Source of the DNA: Candidatus Obscuribacteraceae bacterium
Lineage (GTDB): Bacteria > Cyanobacteriota > Vampirovibrionia > Obscuribacterales > Obscuribacteraceae
DNA: 64,000 nucleotides
Assembly (NCBI GenBank): GCA_044226015.1
Contig: JBGAHS010000004.1
Span: forward strand, 736,001-800,000
Direction: 5' to 3'
The position numbers and the translations under genes were made by a program. Within the stretch, counting starts at the first letter, position 1, and each line of letters opens with the position of its first letter. Under the pieces are notes generated by a model. That model had not been told where the DNA came from. It ran no database searches and saw only the letters and a list, made by a program, of their open reading frames with translations. Of this stretch, positions 40,701 to 49,783 are shown one piece after another.

Positions 40701-41253
40701 TAAATCTGCTTTCTTGATTGCTCTAATATTGAGCATGTCCGGAGTCAGCCGTCGTCGCGGTTCCACTGTGTCGGCTGAAAATGTGCAAGGACTGTTGAGT
40801 TCTTTCAGCAAAGTTACAGGTTCTGAGGACAACGGAAATTCGTTCAAAAATCTGCATCGTAGAACACACCTCGTTGAACCAGGAGACACCTTGCAATCGA
40901 TAGCTGAGCGCTACTTCAGTGATTCTAGAGTTGCCTGGCTAATTGCCGATTTGAATTCTGCAGCAATCGACGAGCATGGGCTTGACGTTAAGCGAGTAGT
41001 TGAATTGAAGGCAAGGCAATCGCTTGAGCTTCCTGAAGCAGAAGAAGTGCAAGTCTTTCTAGCTGGCATCCCCAGAGATTTCGATATCGATCAGCGGCTG
41101 GTTACTATCGTTAATGACACTATGATTAACATGGAAGTTCTGAAACAATTCCTTGGTCCAATTATCGGCAGTCTGAACGCACAAGACCAATCTGCTGATC
41201 AACAGAAGGAATTGCTTGGAGAATTCACTATCCTCGGAGCCGATTGCGCCTAG
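37762..41253 (+). CDS. Large low-complexity protein with C-terminal LysM domain
   Basis: THLVEPGDTLQSIAERYFSDSRVAWLIADLN LysM motif; long Ser/Lys/Ala-rich regions; GGAGCAGG RBS. Confidence 0.8.
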   Translation: MKETNNESTKSENLVPQAKADERLISEVLGGKTEPESTGKHEGTEGAGHSLFLSVMMNKEAGSGKSAETVADGKDGKDKDSKTGKDKKRSSDPSESIDDREHDKDPSRESREKDEKAKDNGLGSVGPKPTEVKADNSGGLLARASLLAMNSAGDSISSGSAVMRAVASGAAEIASKHEFGKNEIAASPNEGIAAPKIDNVNIPQASDKHEMRHGSEIDSKLIDVTVKTAALDVMGGAAASISISRSMAADLSRKDGGALGERKITALESSVSAAFNHVEPSSNMMSHTKLVDAVAPASGPAVAFPPKVTELVIPRPDTKSYNENLSTLHVSTPNVGDFSPHMVPKSIESSPAANVFVPLSNFHSADMGPSSVPPAATRELIAYNFHDIRGSANDIHPSVIGPIISGPIEKPPVVVHVPTPDVVQPIVKGGTTGIVVSGNGSDNSFGKTQMAFIPNSQKNFWEPDRQADQYKADKEAADRRTQDEKAKEAKAAEQKLAEQKALELAKEQKQQDQIKAQEQAKSRDKSAEPKHNAELKNEPAKNEPGKVREETVNKILDAAVKSFQASKAGHTIDSNKIESMTLNLAHLKNAENARSSSSGVPISQIISLAGGKEPEKSGVHKPADAGQQQAKTELPMGPVALTKNGLPQEKSAAPLESKAVQSNLAQSSVVLKAIEAGARGTNLNIEQATAKTQTNKSLEQAAVSQRTTDGILGVKNIEPPKTLSATKNGESKSDVLVSKSTDRVSQIAKFAGLTEASARLSSEVNIKSALRISPADLSGSTLRSWMGDTAKFRPDALPRVTESTLAAQNSALGQLKMNLSVPPEQRNILSGSNKQVNELNTKAASANASSELAINAAKRLSEEPRLLVNKLADALSNSKAFDTSLSAASPSNIVRANSLRGSELPSSAGLVNLDYVNRSLDSLKTWQAWAERTQGSQRKVSSKNRIPEDRIDRSLLKTDFYDIPEIAGIDAEDQKPVVPNKSAFLIALILSMSGVSRRRGSTVSAENVQGLLSSFSKVTGSEDNGNSFKNLHRRTHLVEPGDTLQSIAERYFSDSRVAWLIADLNSAAIDEHGLDVKRVVELKARQSLELPEAEEVQVFLAGIPRDFDIDQRLVTIVNDTMINMEVLKQFLGPIIGSLNAQDQSADQQKELLGEFTILGADCA

Positions 41254-41283
41254 TGCCAGGCTGTGTGAAAGCTAAGACTTTCT

Positions 41284-42471
41284 CTAGTTGCGGCTCGACG
41301 CCCGCAGCCCGTCTTGAATGGATGCGCCGAGGTCTTCAATTGATTGTAGCCTTTTGTTGGGATCTTTCCGCATAGCTTGCTGAACTATATTCACCATCCA
41401 TGGTGGTATGTTCAAGTCTGGAGGTATTGGTGCGGGCTCTGCATTCAAGTGCATAGAGAGTGTTTCGATAACATTCTTGCCCAGGAACGGAGGCTCTCCC
41501 GTCAGGCATTCATAGATGATGCAAGCGCAAGAGTAAACATCAGTGCGGCGGTCAACAGCTTGTCCCTGGCATTGTTCGGGAGACATGTACATCGGGCTTC
41601 CAAACACTTCCCCTGTTGAAGTAAGCCTTGCGATGTTGTCGGGGTCATTTACCTTCACCAGTCCAAAGTCCACCACTTTAGCGACAACGTTGCCCTTGTC
41701 GGGCACAAGCATAATATTTGCTGGTTTTAGATCTCGATGGATAATTCCCTTAGAGTGAGCATGACTCAAGCCTTTGCAAATCTGGACGAAAAAGTTGGCA
41801 GTGTCACGCCATGAAAGACGTCCGACGCGCTTTAATAGCTGCTCAAGGCTCTCTCCTTCGAGGAATTCCATCACGATGAATGGAACTCCATTTGCAGAGA
41901 CCATGAAATCTTCAACTGCCACCAGATTCTCGTGAGAGAGTGTGCTCAGCGCTTTAGCCTCACGCTGAAATCTCTGTACCGCAGTATCATCGTTGGCAAG
42001 GTGCGAGTGCAAGAGTTTTATAGCAACTTCTTTTCGACTTGAAATATGTTTGGCAAGAAAAACGTTGCTCAAACCGCCGCTGCCAAGGGGGCTGACTATT
42101 TCGTAGTATTCTGAAAACTTGCTTCCAGGTGCCAGATAATCAGTGATTCTTGAAAGTTCAAGACCATCTTCCGGGCACTTTCCTGAGTAATCATCAGGAA
42201 ATTCTCGCGCACATACCAGGCAAATCTTTTTGTATTTTCTGGGACCAGAGGACTGTGTTTTTGAGGGCGGACGTACATAGGACACTGTGTCTTTCGCACC
42301 CGGTTTGCTTACTTCACCAGTGGGCTTCGCGATTGCATGCACCGAACTCTGATTTTGATCAGTGACTATATTCGTAGCTTCTTCTTTTTTCTTCTTAAGC
42401 GAGATCACCAAAACTATTGCAATTACTACAACTCCAAGCAATCCGGCGATAATCGCTATTGGTAAACTCAA
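41284..42471 (-). CDS. Ser/Thr protein kinase with N-terminal TM anchor and Zn-ribbon-like segment
   Basis: GSGGLS.V, VAIK, HRDLKPAN, DFG, GSPMYMSPEQ, DVYS; CLVC..CPEDG before the kinase domain. Confidence 0.93.
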   Translation of the reverse strand: MSLPIAIIAGLLGVVVIAIVLVISLKKKKEEATNIVTDQNQSSVHAIAKPTGEVSKPGAKDTVSYVRPPSKTQSSGPRKYKKICLVCAREFPDDYSGKCPEDGLELSRITDYLAPGSKFSEYYEIVSPLGSGGLSNVFLAKHISSRKEVAIKLLHSHLANDDTAVQRFQREAKALSTLSHENLVAVEDFMVSANGVPFIVMEFLEGESLEQLLKRVGRLSWRDTANFFVQICKGLSHAHSKGIIHRDLKPANIMLVPDKGNVVAKVVDFGLVKVNDPDNIARLTSTGEVFGSPMYMSPEQCQGQAVDRRTDVYSCACIIYECLTGEPPFLGKNVIETLSMHLNAEPAPIPPDLNIPPWMVNIVQQAMRKDPNKRLQSIEDLGASIQDGLRASSRN

Positions 42472-42518
42472 AATCTTTTCCCTGACACCCCAATCAAATA
42501 TACTACATTAATGAGTGA

Positions 42519-44966
42519 CTAGCTTCGCTTTCTGGCAACTATCTCAAAAACTTGCCCGTGCCGAAATCCAGTTGGAACAATCGGGATCGGACCTTCAACT
42601 TCATTGAACCATTCAAGTTCAAAATCAATAAAAAGCTCTTTTACTTCTGCTTGAGATAAAAATGTCATTCTCTTATTAACTGACCAATCGTCGTTTTTGC
42701 CGAAGAAGTGTCCACTAAACCTTCCGCCTGGCTTGATTGCCCTGCACACATTTTGCCAGAGCCTGCCGAAGTCTTCTGGTGCGCAAAAGGGCAGCGAAAC
42801 ACCAGCGTTTACTAAGCTCACCTCTGGTAACTCGGCGTCCTGCATTTTTCCGAGCCATGTGTCTAGCTGTGCTCGCTCCCAGCTTCCCGTGGCTTCTAAG
42901 AGGCAATTGAGCGCATCCTGGCTTTGATCAACAGCCAGCACCTTCCAGCCCTGCCGGAGCATCTCTTTTGCGTCTCTACCAGAGCCACAACCAAGGTCAA
43001 CTGCATTCTGTGCTTTGTCGAACTTGCTCAATGCGACGATAATCGTGTTATGAGCTTCCTCTCTGGCGACTGCTTTGCTGTATTCGGCCCAAGAGTTCTT
43101 GTATTCAGCAGGTATGCATGCTGTAAAAATCTTCTCGTCATGCAGTTCCTGAAAGCGTTGTATGTAAATTGCAATTGCCTGCACAGAGTTGCGTTGCTCG
43201 TCACTCATTGCTTCTGCAATCAATTGAGAATAAGACCTGCTGCAGCTTCTAGCTCGGTCTATGAGCCATAGCGACAGATGATCTAGTTTCAAAACCCTGG
43301 AAGACCAACTTCTCGGCAGGAAGGCAAAGACTTGTGGAGCTGCTGTAGGAGCAGTGTTGAACTCCGTTCCCGCTTTGATGGCATCGCATATGGTATCAAT
43401 CGAATAGGTGAAACTCTTGATCATCAATTCGGGGTTTACTATTGGCTTAAATGACTTAATTTGTTCTGTTTTTCCGAGATAGATGTCACCAGAAAAGTCG
43501 GTATGTTGATGAATTCTGCCTGCTTCTTGTTTCATTTGTTCGAATTCTGCAAGTTCAAAAATGTAAGGGAAGCTGGCTTGATATTGCTTGCCATGACGGC
43601 GCAGAAATTCGGGAAATCTATCGCCCATTTTCGAATTGTCATTGTAGCGATTTTGAAAAGTGTGAAAAAACTGCAAAAGAATCTCGGACCAGTCGTCCTT
43701 AAGTAAGGCGAAGCACGCAGGGTAGAATCTGCGCATTAATGAATCTCTATTACTATCTCTCAGCCAGGAATAGATGCTGATTGCACGCAGGTCGTATCCA
43801 TCAGTTTCATCTAGCAGCCTGGACGAACGAGGTGCAAATTCAGGTTTGTCCGCTTGTATAGGATCGGTTCCTATAAGTTCGTTCCAGAGAGTAAACCACT
43901 TTCTCTCGTAATTTCTGAGCGTATGCCTCTTAATGTTTGCATCTGTCCCAGGGGGCTCTTGAGAGCTGCTTTTATCTGCCTTTGTTATATTCAAGACTTC
44001 AGGCGCTGCAGCCAGGCTGGCTAGTTCTGCTACTGCAGGTGGTGGCGCTACATCGAACTGTACCTGCGTTGATATTTCGATAGGGCGCTCACGCTCAGGT
44101 TGAATCTGATTGGCTTCAGAATTAGAGTGCTTCTGCCAGATGGACCTGATCTTCTCTAATTCAAACAACAAGTCGGCAAACGAGGGAAAATACTGGTCTC
44201 GTTCAACCATTATGGCTTTAGGTTCAATCATTTTTGAAAGGGCGTGCTCAAGTAAATCGAAAACCGTGTCTGGCACAGGCGAGCCATGTGTATCAATTAT
44301 GCGATTGCCAAATCTTCCAGGACCTGCCAGGTGAATCTGTACAGTTCTTTCAAGCGGTATTCTGTCCAGAAATTCTCTGGCATCAAAACCATGATTTATT
44401 GAATTGACGAAGAGATTGTTGAGATCTAAAAGCAAGCCGCAATCAGCTTCCTCCAGTACTCTGCTAATGAATTCGGCTTCGTCAAAATCGCCAATTGGCA
44501 TCTTTGAGTAGTAAGGAATGTTTTCCAGAATCAGCGGAAATTCAACTGTTTCTTGCGCTTGCTTGACCCGTGCGGCGACATGTTTAACAGCTTCATCAGT
44601 CCATGGTAAAGGGAAGAGATCATTTCCCATCATACCGTCCACGCCGGAAAAACAGAGGTGATCGCTCCACCATTTGAGCTTGAAGTTCTTTGCAAAAAAT
44701 CGGGTCGTCTTCAGCAGTTCTTTGTCGAGTGGGTCAACGCTGCCTATGGAAAGCGAGACGCTGTGCGAAACCAGTGGGAAGTACTCGGCGAAGCTCGCCA
44801 ACCAATTGATGGTGGCATTGTTGGCACGATAATTCTCTGGGGTGAATTCCAGAAAATCGATTGCACTTCTATGTGCGAACGTTTCCTCGCATAGTTCGCC
44901 TCTTAAACCAAGTCCGACTCCAAGTACCGGCATTGCGGACTTCAGTCGCAAGAACTCGCTAACCAT
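42519..44966 (-). CDS. Fusion protein: DUF692/MNIO oxidase + DUF2063-type partner domain + class I SAM-dependent methyltransferase
   Basis: aa ~1-280: GVGLGLR, EFTPENY, SHSVSLSIG, SDHLCF, LENIPYY, LLLDLNN, QIHLAG, IDTHG, VERD. aa ~345-620: IY..L.RFYP....L...W....QFF..FPEFL..ELAEFE. aa ~626-815: VDLGCGSGRD, LAVD, IKPGG.F. Confidence 0.88.
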   Translation of the reverse strand: MVSEFLRLKSAMPVLGVGLGLRGELCEETFAHRSAIDFLEFTPENYRANNATINWLASFAEYFPLVSHSVSLSIGSVDPLDKELLKTTRFFAKNFKLKWWSDHLCFSGVDGMMGNDLFPLPWTDEAVKHVAARVKQAQETVEFPLILENIPYYSKMPIGDFDEAEFISRVLEEADCGLLLDLNNLFVNSINHGFDAREFLDRIPLERTVQIHLAGPGRFGNRIIDTHGSPVPDTVFDLLEHALSKMIEPKAIMVERDQYFPSFADLLFELEKIRSIWQKHSNSEANQIQPERERPIEISTQVQFDVAPPPAVAELASLAAAPEVLNITKADKSSSQEPPGTDANIKRHTLRNYERKWFTLWNELIGTDPIQADKPEFAPRSSRLLDETDGYDLRAISIYSWLRDSNRDSLMRRFYPACFALLKDDWSEILLQFFHTFQNRYNDNSKMGDRFPEFLRRHGKQYQASFPYIFELAEFEQMKQEAGRIHQHTDFSGDIYLGKTEQIKSFKPIVNPELMIKSFTYSIDTICDAIKAGTEFNTAPTAAPQVFAFLPRSWSSRVLKLDHLSLWLIDRARSCSRSYSQLIAEAMSDEQRNSVQAIAIYIQRFQELHDEKIFTACIPAEYKNSWAEYSKAVAREEAHNTIIVALSKFDKAQNAVDLGCGSGRDAKEMLRQGWKVLAVDQSQDALNCLLEATGSWERAQLDTWLGKMQDAELPEVSLVNAGVSLPFCAPEDFGRLWQNVCRAIKPGGRFSGHFFGKNDDWSVNKRMTFLSQAEVKELFIDFELEWFNEVEGPIPIVPTGFRHGQVFEIVARKRS

Positions 44967-45027
44967 TTGTCTTCTCGTCTCGTGCAGCTGAAGAGGCTAT
45001 GCCCTGAAACTCGTGGCTGGAAACGCC

Positions 45028-45456
45028 CTAAATGTCGTTGTAACGATGGCTGAGCCCAGCACGAAGCGGTTTGTTTTCGTCAGTTCTTTCATTGCGGCGC
45101 GGTGGGCGCTCGTCGCTGCCTGTTCCTATTCTAAGTGGCGGTAACTTATCGTCAGTTTTAGGAGGTTCCGGTTGTGTCGCTGACTTAGCTTCAGTCCCTT
45201 GAGCAGGTTTAGCCTCTGGCTTTGCTGGAAAAGCTGGTATTGACCATGAAAATTGTGGAAGAACGTCAGTCTTGCTCTCTTGCTTGTTTTCAGAAGGCTT
45301 TGGACGGTTCGAACGATCTTTGAACAAATCTCGGAGATGTCCAGAGCCGGTTTCACTTGAGGACTCAGTTCTAGCGGGCTTGCCCCATGCTTCTGCGGCC
45401 AGTCCTGTGGGCGCTTCGCTGGTCTTATTTCCGCCAAAATTGAAATTTGAGTCCAT
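45028..45456 (-). CDS. 142-aa disordered protein; candidate RiPP precursor/substrate of the MNIO fusion
   Basis: Strong GGAGG RBS; same strand and 61 nt upstream of the MNIO gene; Pro/Glu/Lys/Ser-rich, no Cys, ends in GLSHRYNDI. Confidence 0.65.
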   Translation of the reverse strand: MDSNFNFGGNKTSEAPTGLAAEAWGKPARTESSSETGSGHLRDLFKDRSNRPKPSENKQESKTDVLPQFSWSIPAFPAKPEAKPAQGTEAKSATQPEPPKTDDKLPPLRIGTGSDERPPRRNERTDENKPLRAGLSHRYNDI

Positions 45457-45591
45457 ACTAAACCTCCGAGGGGTTATATTTTACCCTACGCAGCCCATTG
45501 GTGACCCTTAATTGGAAATATCCGGATATCCAAGGTTTTGGACAGAATGACAAAATTTGCTAGCATAAACAAAGTTATATCTTGAGACCCC

Positions 45592-46629
45592 ATGGAAGTT
45601 ATTCGACGCTTTTATTCGCCACTGTTAGCTTTTTCGGTTTTTTTGCTGGGTATCGCACCAGTTTCGTCCACATTCGCGCTCGACCATAGTGATGCAAGGA
45701 AAATGGCTAATACCTCTGCTGCCAGTTCGTCGAAAGAGAATAGAGGCGCAGAGAGCGTTGCTACAGAGCCGGAAAAGTCCGTTGACTTAAGCACTGTGAC
45801 AAAGTGGATAAAAGACCATCACTACAAACAAGCTGAGTCTGCCCTTACCGCAATGATTAAGGCGAAGCCTGCTGATGCGGTCGTGCATCAAACCTATGGG
45901 CTACTTTTGCGCGAAACAGGGCAAATCGACAAAGCTTTAAGTGAGTATGCCAGAGCTGCTGAACTGGATGCGTCGAGCTCTGTTCCTTTAATAGCGCTCT
46001 CGGAACTGTCGCTCAAACAACTAGATCTTGATGGCAGCTTGAGTTATGCAGAGCAAGCCGTTGCCTGTGAGCCCGCCTCTAAAGCAGCGAGAACAGCTTT
46101 AATTGAGGCGTTGCTTCAGAGTGAACAAATCTCAGAGGCAGAACGTCAGCTCAAGTACATTCAAGAAAAGGATTTGCGAACTCCGTACATGGAGATGCTT
46201 CAATATAGATTGATGCAGAAGAAGGGTGATTACCTATCTGCTAGAAAGCATATGCAAGCGGCACTCGAGTCGCCGGGTAATGAAGTTCCTGTGTCGTTGC
46301 GTCTTGAGCAATCTGACTTGCTTCAAACTCTGGGCGAATATGCTGCTGCAAAACGTGAGCTGGAGAAAATTCTTGCTGGTGATCCTGATCTACTTGAGGG
46401 GCGGCTAAAGTTGGCTCGCCTTATGGAAACACAGTTTCATGATTACGCAGCAGCAATGCAAAATTACAATGAGGCACTCAAGTTAGATCCACTGTCGGCA
46501 GCTGCCATGGCTGGAATCGAACGCTGTCAGACAAAACGGCAAAATCTGGCTCTGCAACTGAAAATTTGCTTTCGTGATTTCTGGGCTTGGTTAGATGCCC
46601 AATCACGCTCAAATAGCGATAAAAAGTAG
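45592..46629 (+). CDS. Exported TPR protein
   Basis: Signal peptide; TPRs (VHQTYGLLL..GQIDKALSEY, GRLKLARLME..DYAAAMQNYNEALKLDP). Confidence 0.85.
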   Translation: MEVIRRFYSPLLAFSVFLLGIAPVSSTFALDHSDARKMANTSAASSSKENRGAESVATEPEKSVDLSTVTKWIKDHHYKQAESALTAMIKAKPADAVVHQTYGLLLRETGQIDKALSEYARAAELDASSSVPLIALSELSLKQLDLDGSLSYAEQAVACEPASKAARTALIEALLQSEQISEAERQLKYIQEKDLRTPYMEMLQYRLMQKKGDYLSARKHMQAALESPGNEVPVSLRLEQSDLLQTLGEYAAAKRELEKILAGDPDLLEGRLKLARLMETQFHDYAAAMQNYNEALKLDPLSAAAMAGIERCQTKRQNLALQLKICFRDFWAWLDAQSRSNSDKK

Positions 46630-46635
46630 TTTGCT

Positions 46636-46917
46636 CTATTGTAGTCGCGAGCGACGTGTTGCCTTTTGTTCTGGGCAGAATGGCAGCGTTCCGTCTTGGG
46701 GAATTAGCATTACACATCTGCATGCTTCTTCTGGAATGAGTGCAATGCATTTTGCATCAAGCTCTGGCGCAAGCTTACTCAAATCTGGCATAACTCTGGG
46801 GTTTCTGCTGTTCTCCATAAGCAAATCAAGCGCTTGTTGAATCAATGCGTTTTCTAGATCACCAACGCCCACTCTTTCTGAATGCTCTCTTTCTGAGACT
46901 CTAGATTCTTGCTGCAT
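46636..46917 (-). CDS. Hypothetical protein
   Basis: 93-aa ORF from ATG 46917 with an AGGGG RBS-like sequence; no recognisable motif. Confidence 0.5.
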   Translation of the reverse strand: MQQESRVSEREHSERVGVGDLENALIQQALDLLMENSRNPRVMPDLSKLAPELDAKCIALIPEEACRCVMLIPQDGTLPFCPEQKATRRSRLQ

Positions 46918-47065
46918 TTTTCTGAACCCCTTTCCCTGCAAATGGATTTTGCTGGAAATTAACCCGTGTTCATATCTACACGCGAAGCGAAATTTGTAGA
47001 CAGTAAAACGCTTGTCCCGCAAGGATTTAAGCTGGGCCGCTAATTAATTGAATGATTCCCTGAAC

Positions 47066-47105
47066 GCAAAAATGGAGGGCTAAACTTTCAGCACCTCCAT
47101 TCTTT
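47066..47105 (-). terminator. Intrinsic terminator after purA
   Basis: Minus strand AATGGAGG(T)GCT..AGC-CCTCCATT followed by a T-run. Confidence 0.75.
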
Positions 47106-47140
47106 TGTATTGGATCTGTTGTTTGTGATTCAGCCCGAGC

Positions 47141-48493
<1,353 letters not shown>

Positions 48494-48594
48494 TTATCGC
48501 CTCAAGAAGTTAAAACAGCACAAGTTAAGTCAGCACCGAGCGGGAACTGCGTTCCATCGGACTTAGAGCCTCTGAGCCCAGTATTGACCGACAT

Positions 48595-48624
48595 AGTCTA
48601 ACGCCTTGTTCTCAACAGTGTCAA
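48595..48624 (-). promoter_or_regulatory. Probable sigma70 promoter of purA
   Basis: Minus strand TTGACA, 18-nt spacer, TAGACT. Confidence 0.55.
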
Positions 48625-48763
48625 ACCATTTGCAATTACATAATGTTCAGAACTTTCAACATGCAGGCTAGCCAATGAAATGCCTGTGTTGTTGCGTGAT
48701 ACGCAATGTGAAAAAGCAGTCCCTGATAGTCAAAAATGTTATCCTAAAAGAGGAGGATTGCGT

Positions 48764-49783
48764 GTGACTGAGACTCAGACCGCGTCGCATATATTTGACA
48801 GCGCTTTGCAAGAGCGTCAGCCTGTCGTATCCAGGTTGCTAACAGCCGCATTAGAGCGCAGAGCGCTAGGTAATGCTTACCTGCTAACTGGTAGAGCTCT
48901 TTCTGACAAGTGGGCTCTGACGCGGCAATTGGCTGCGTTTCTTAATTGTCTTTCTCGCAACGATTCGGAACATTTTTCTTGTCTCAGTAAAGGCGTAGCT
49001 ATACTTTGCCAAAACTGTCAGTGGATTTCTCAAGGCGAACATCCGCAAGCGTGGATGGTGCTTGAGGGGCAAGGCGCAAGCGGAATGATACCCGTTGATA
49101 AGGCTCGCCAGCTTGTTGAGGAAATGAATAAAACCTCCAGATATATGCGAGTCGTGGTGGTTCCGAATGCTGATCAGCAAGTCTTACATGCCGCGCCCGC
49201 AAACGCTTTATTGAAAAATATCGAAGAACCTCAAGCAAATGCGCTCTGGGTGCTTTTTGCAGCGTCCGAAAAGCAAGTTCTGCCGACAATAGTGAGTCGG
49301 TCTCAAGTTCTGCCAATGGTTGGGCAGTTCAAGCCTGGTCTGTGGATCGATGAAGAAGCCATTCTCAAGCAGACCAATGAAAACAGTTTGCCCGAGCGGG
49401 CCATGGCTATCAAGTCTGAATTTATTCATGCCGGACGCAAGCGATTGCAGGGCTCATCGGGCTTGCATGGTTCCTTGATTAAAGCTGTCACGGAAAGCCA
49501 GGAGACAAGCAGTCGTTTCCTAGAACTTTGTGATGACGATTCGATAGAAGCTGAATTGCTTCTAGATATATTTCTTGCTGCCGAAATGGAAGTTCTAAAT
49601 GCTGAGTCTGGTGGAAACCCGCAGCTGAGCTTGTATTTGAGCAAATTAGCAGAGCTGACCGAAAGTGCAAAAAACGAACTGTCACACTACGTCAAGAAGA
49701 ACAATGTGCTAGAAACATTTGCATATTCTCTGACAGAATTGAGATTGAAATATCTAGGAGACTTTCATCTTGCAAAGAACTGA
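48764..49783 (+). CDS. holB: DNA polymerase III delta-prime subunit-like (clamp loader)
   Basis: AYLLTG, Zn-module C..C.NC....GEHP, ANALLKNIEEP, VLPTIVSR; GGAGGA RBS before GTG 48764. Confidence 0.85.
   Translation: MTETQTASHIFDSALQERQPVVSRLLTAALERRALGNAYLLTGRALSDKWALTRQLAAFLNCLSRNDSEHFSCLSKGVAILCQNCQWISQGEHPQAWMVLEGQGASGMIPVDKARQLVEEMNKTSRYMRVVVVPNADQQVLHAAPANALLKNIEEPQANALWVLFAASEKQVLPTIVSRSQVLPMVGQFKPGLWIDEEAILKQTNENSLPERAMAIKSEFIHAGRKRLQGSSGLHGSLIKAVTESQETSSRFLELCDDDSIEAELLLDIFLAAEMEVLNAESGGNPQLSLYLSKLAELTESAKNELSHYVKKNNVLETFAYSLTELRLKYLGDFHLAKN

Noticed and set aside
44967..45030. Stop-codon readthrough or selenocysteine joining the 142-aa ORF to the MNIO gene
   Set aside because: The stop is TAG, the 61-nt gap is out of frame, and the ORF has no in-frame TGA.
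45126..45437. Alternative-frame 103-aa ORF as a Cys-containing MNIO precursor
   Set aside because: Nested in the 142-aa ORF that has the strong RBS; only one Cys, a non-ATG start and no RBS.
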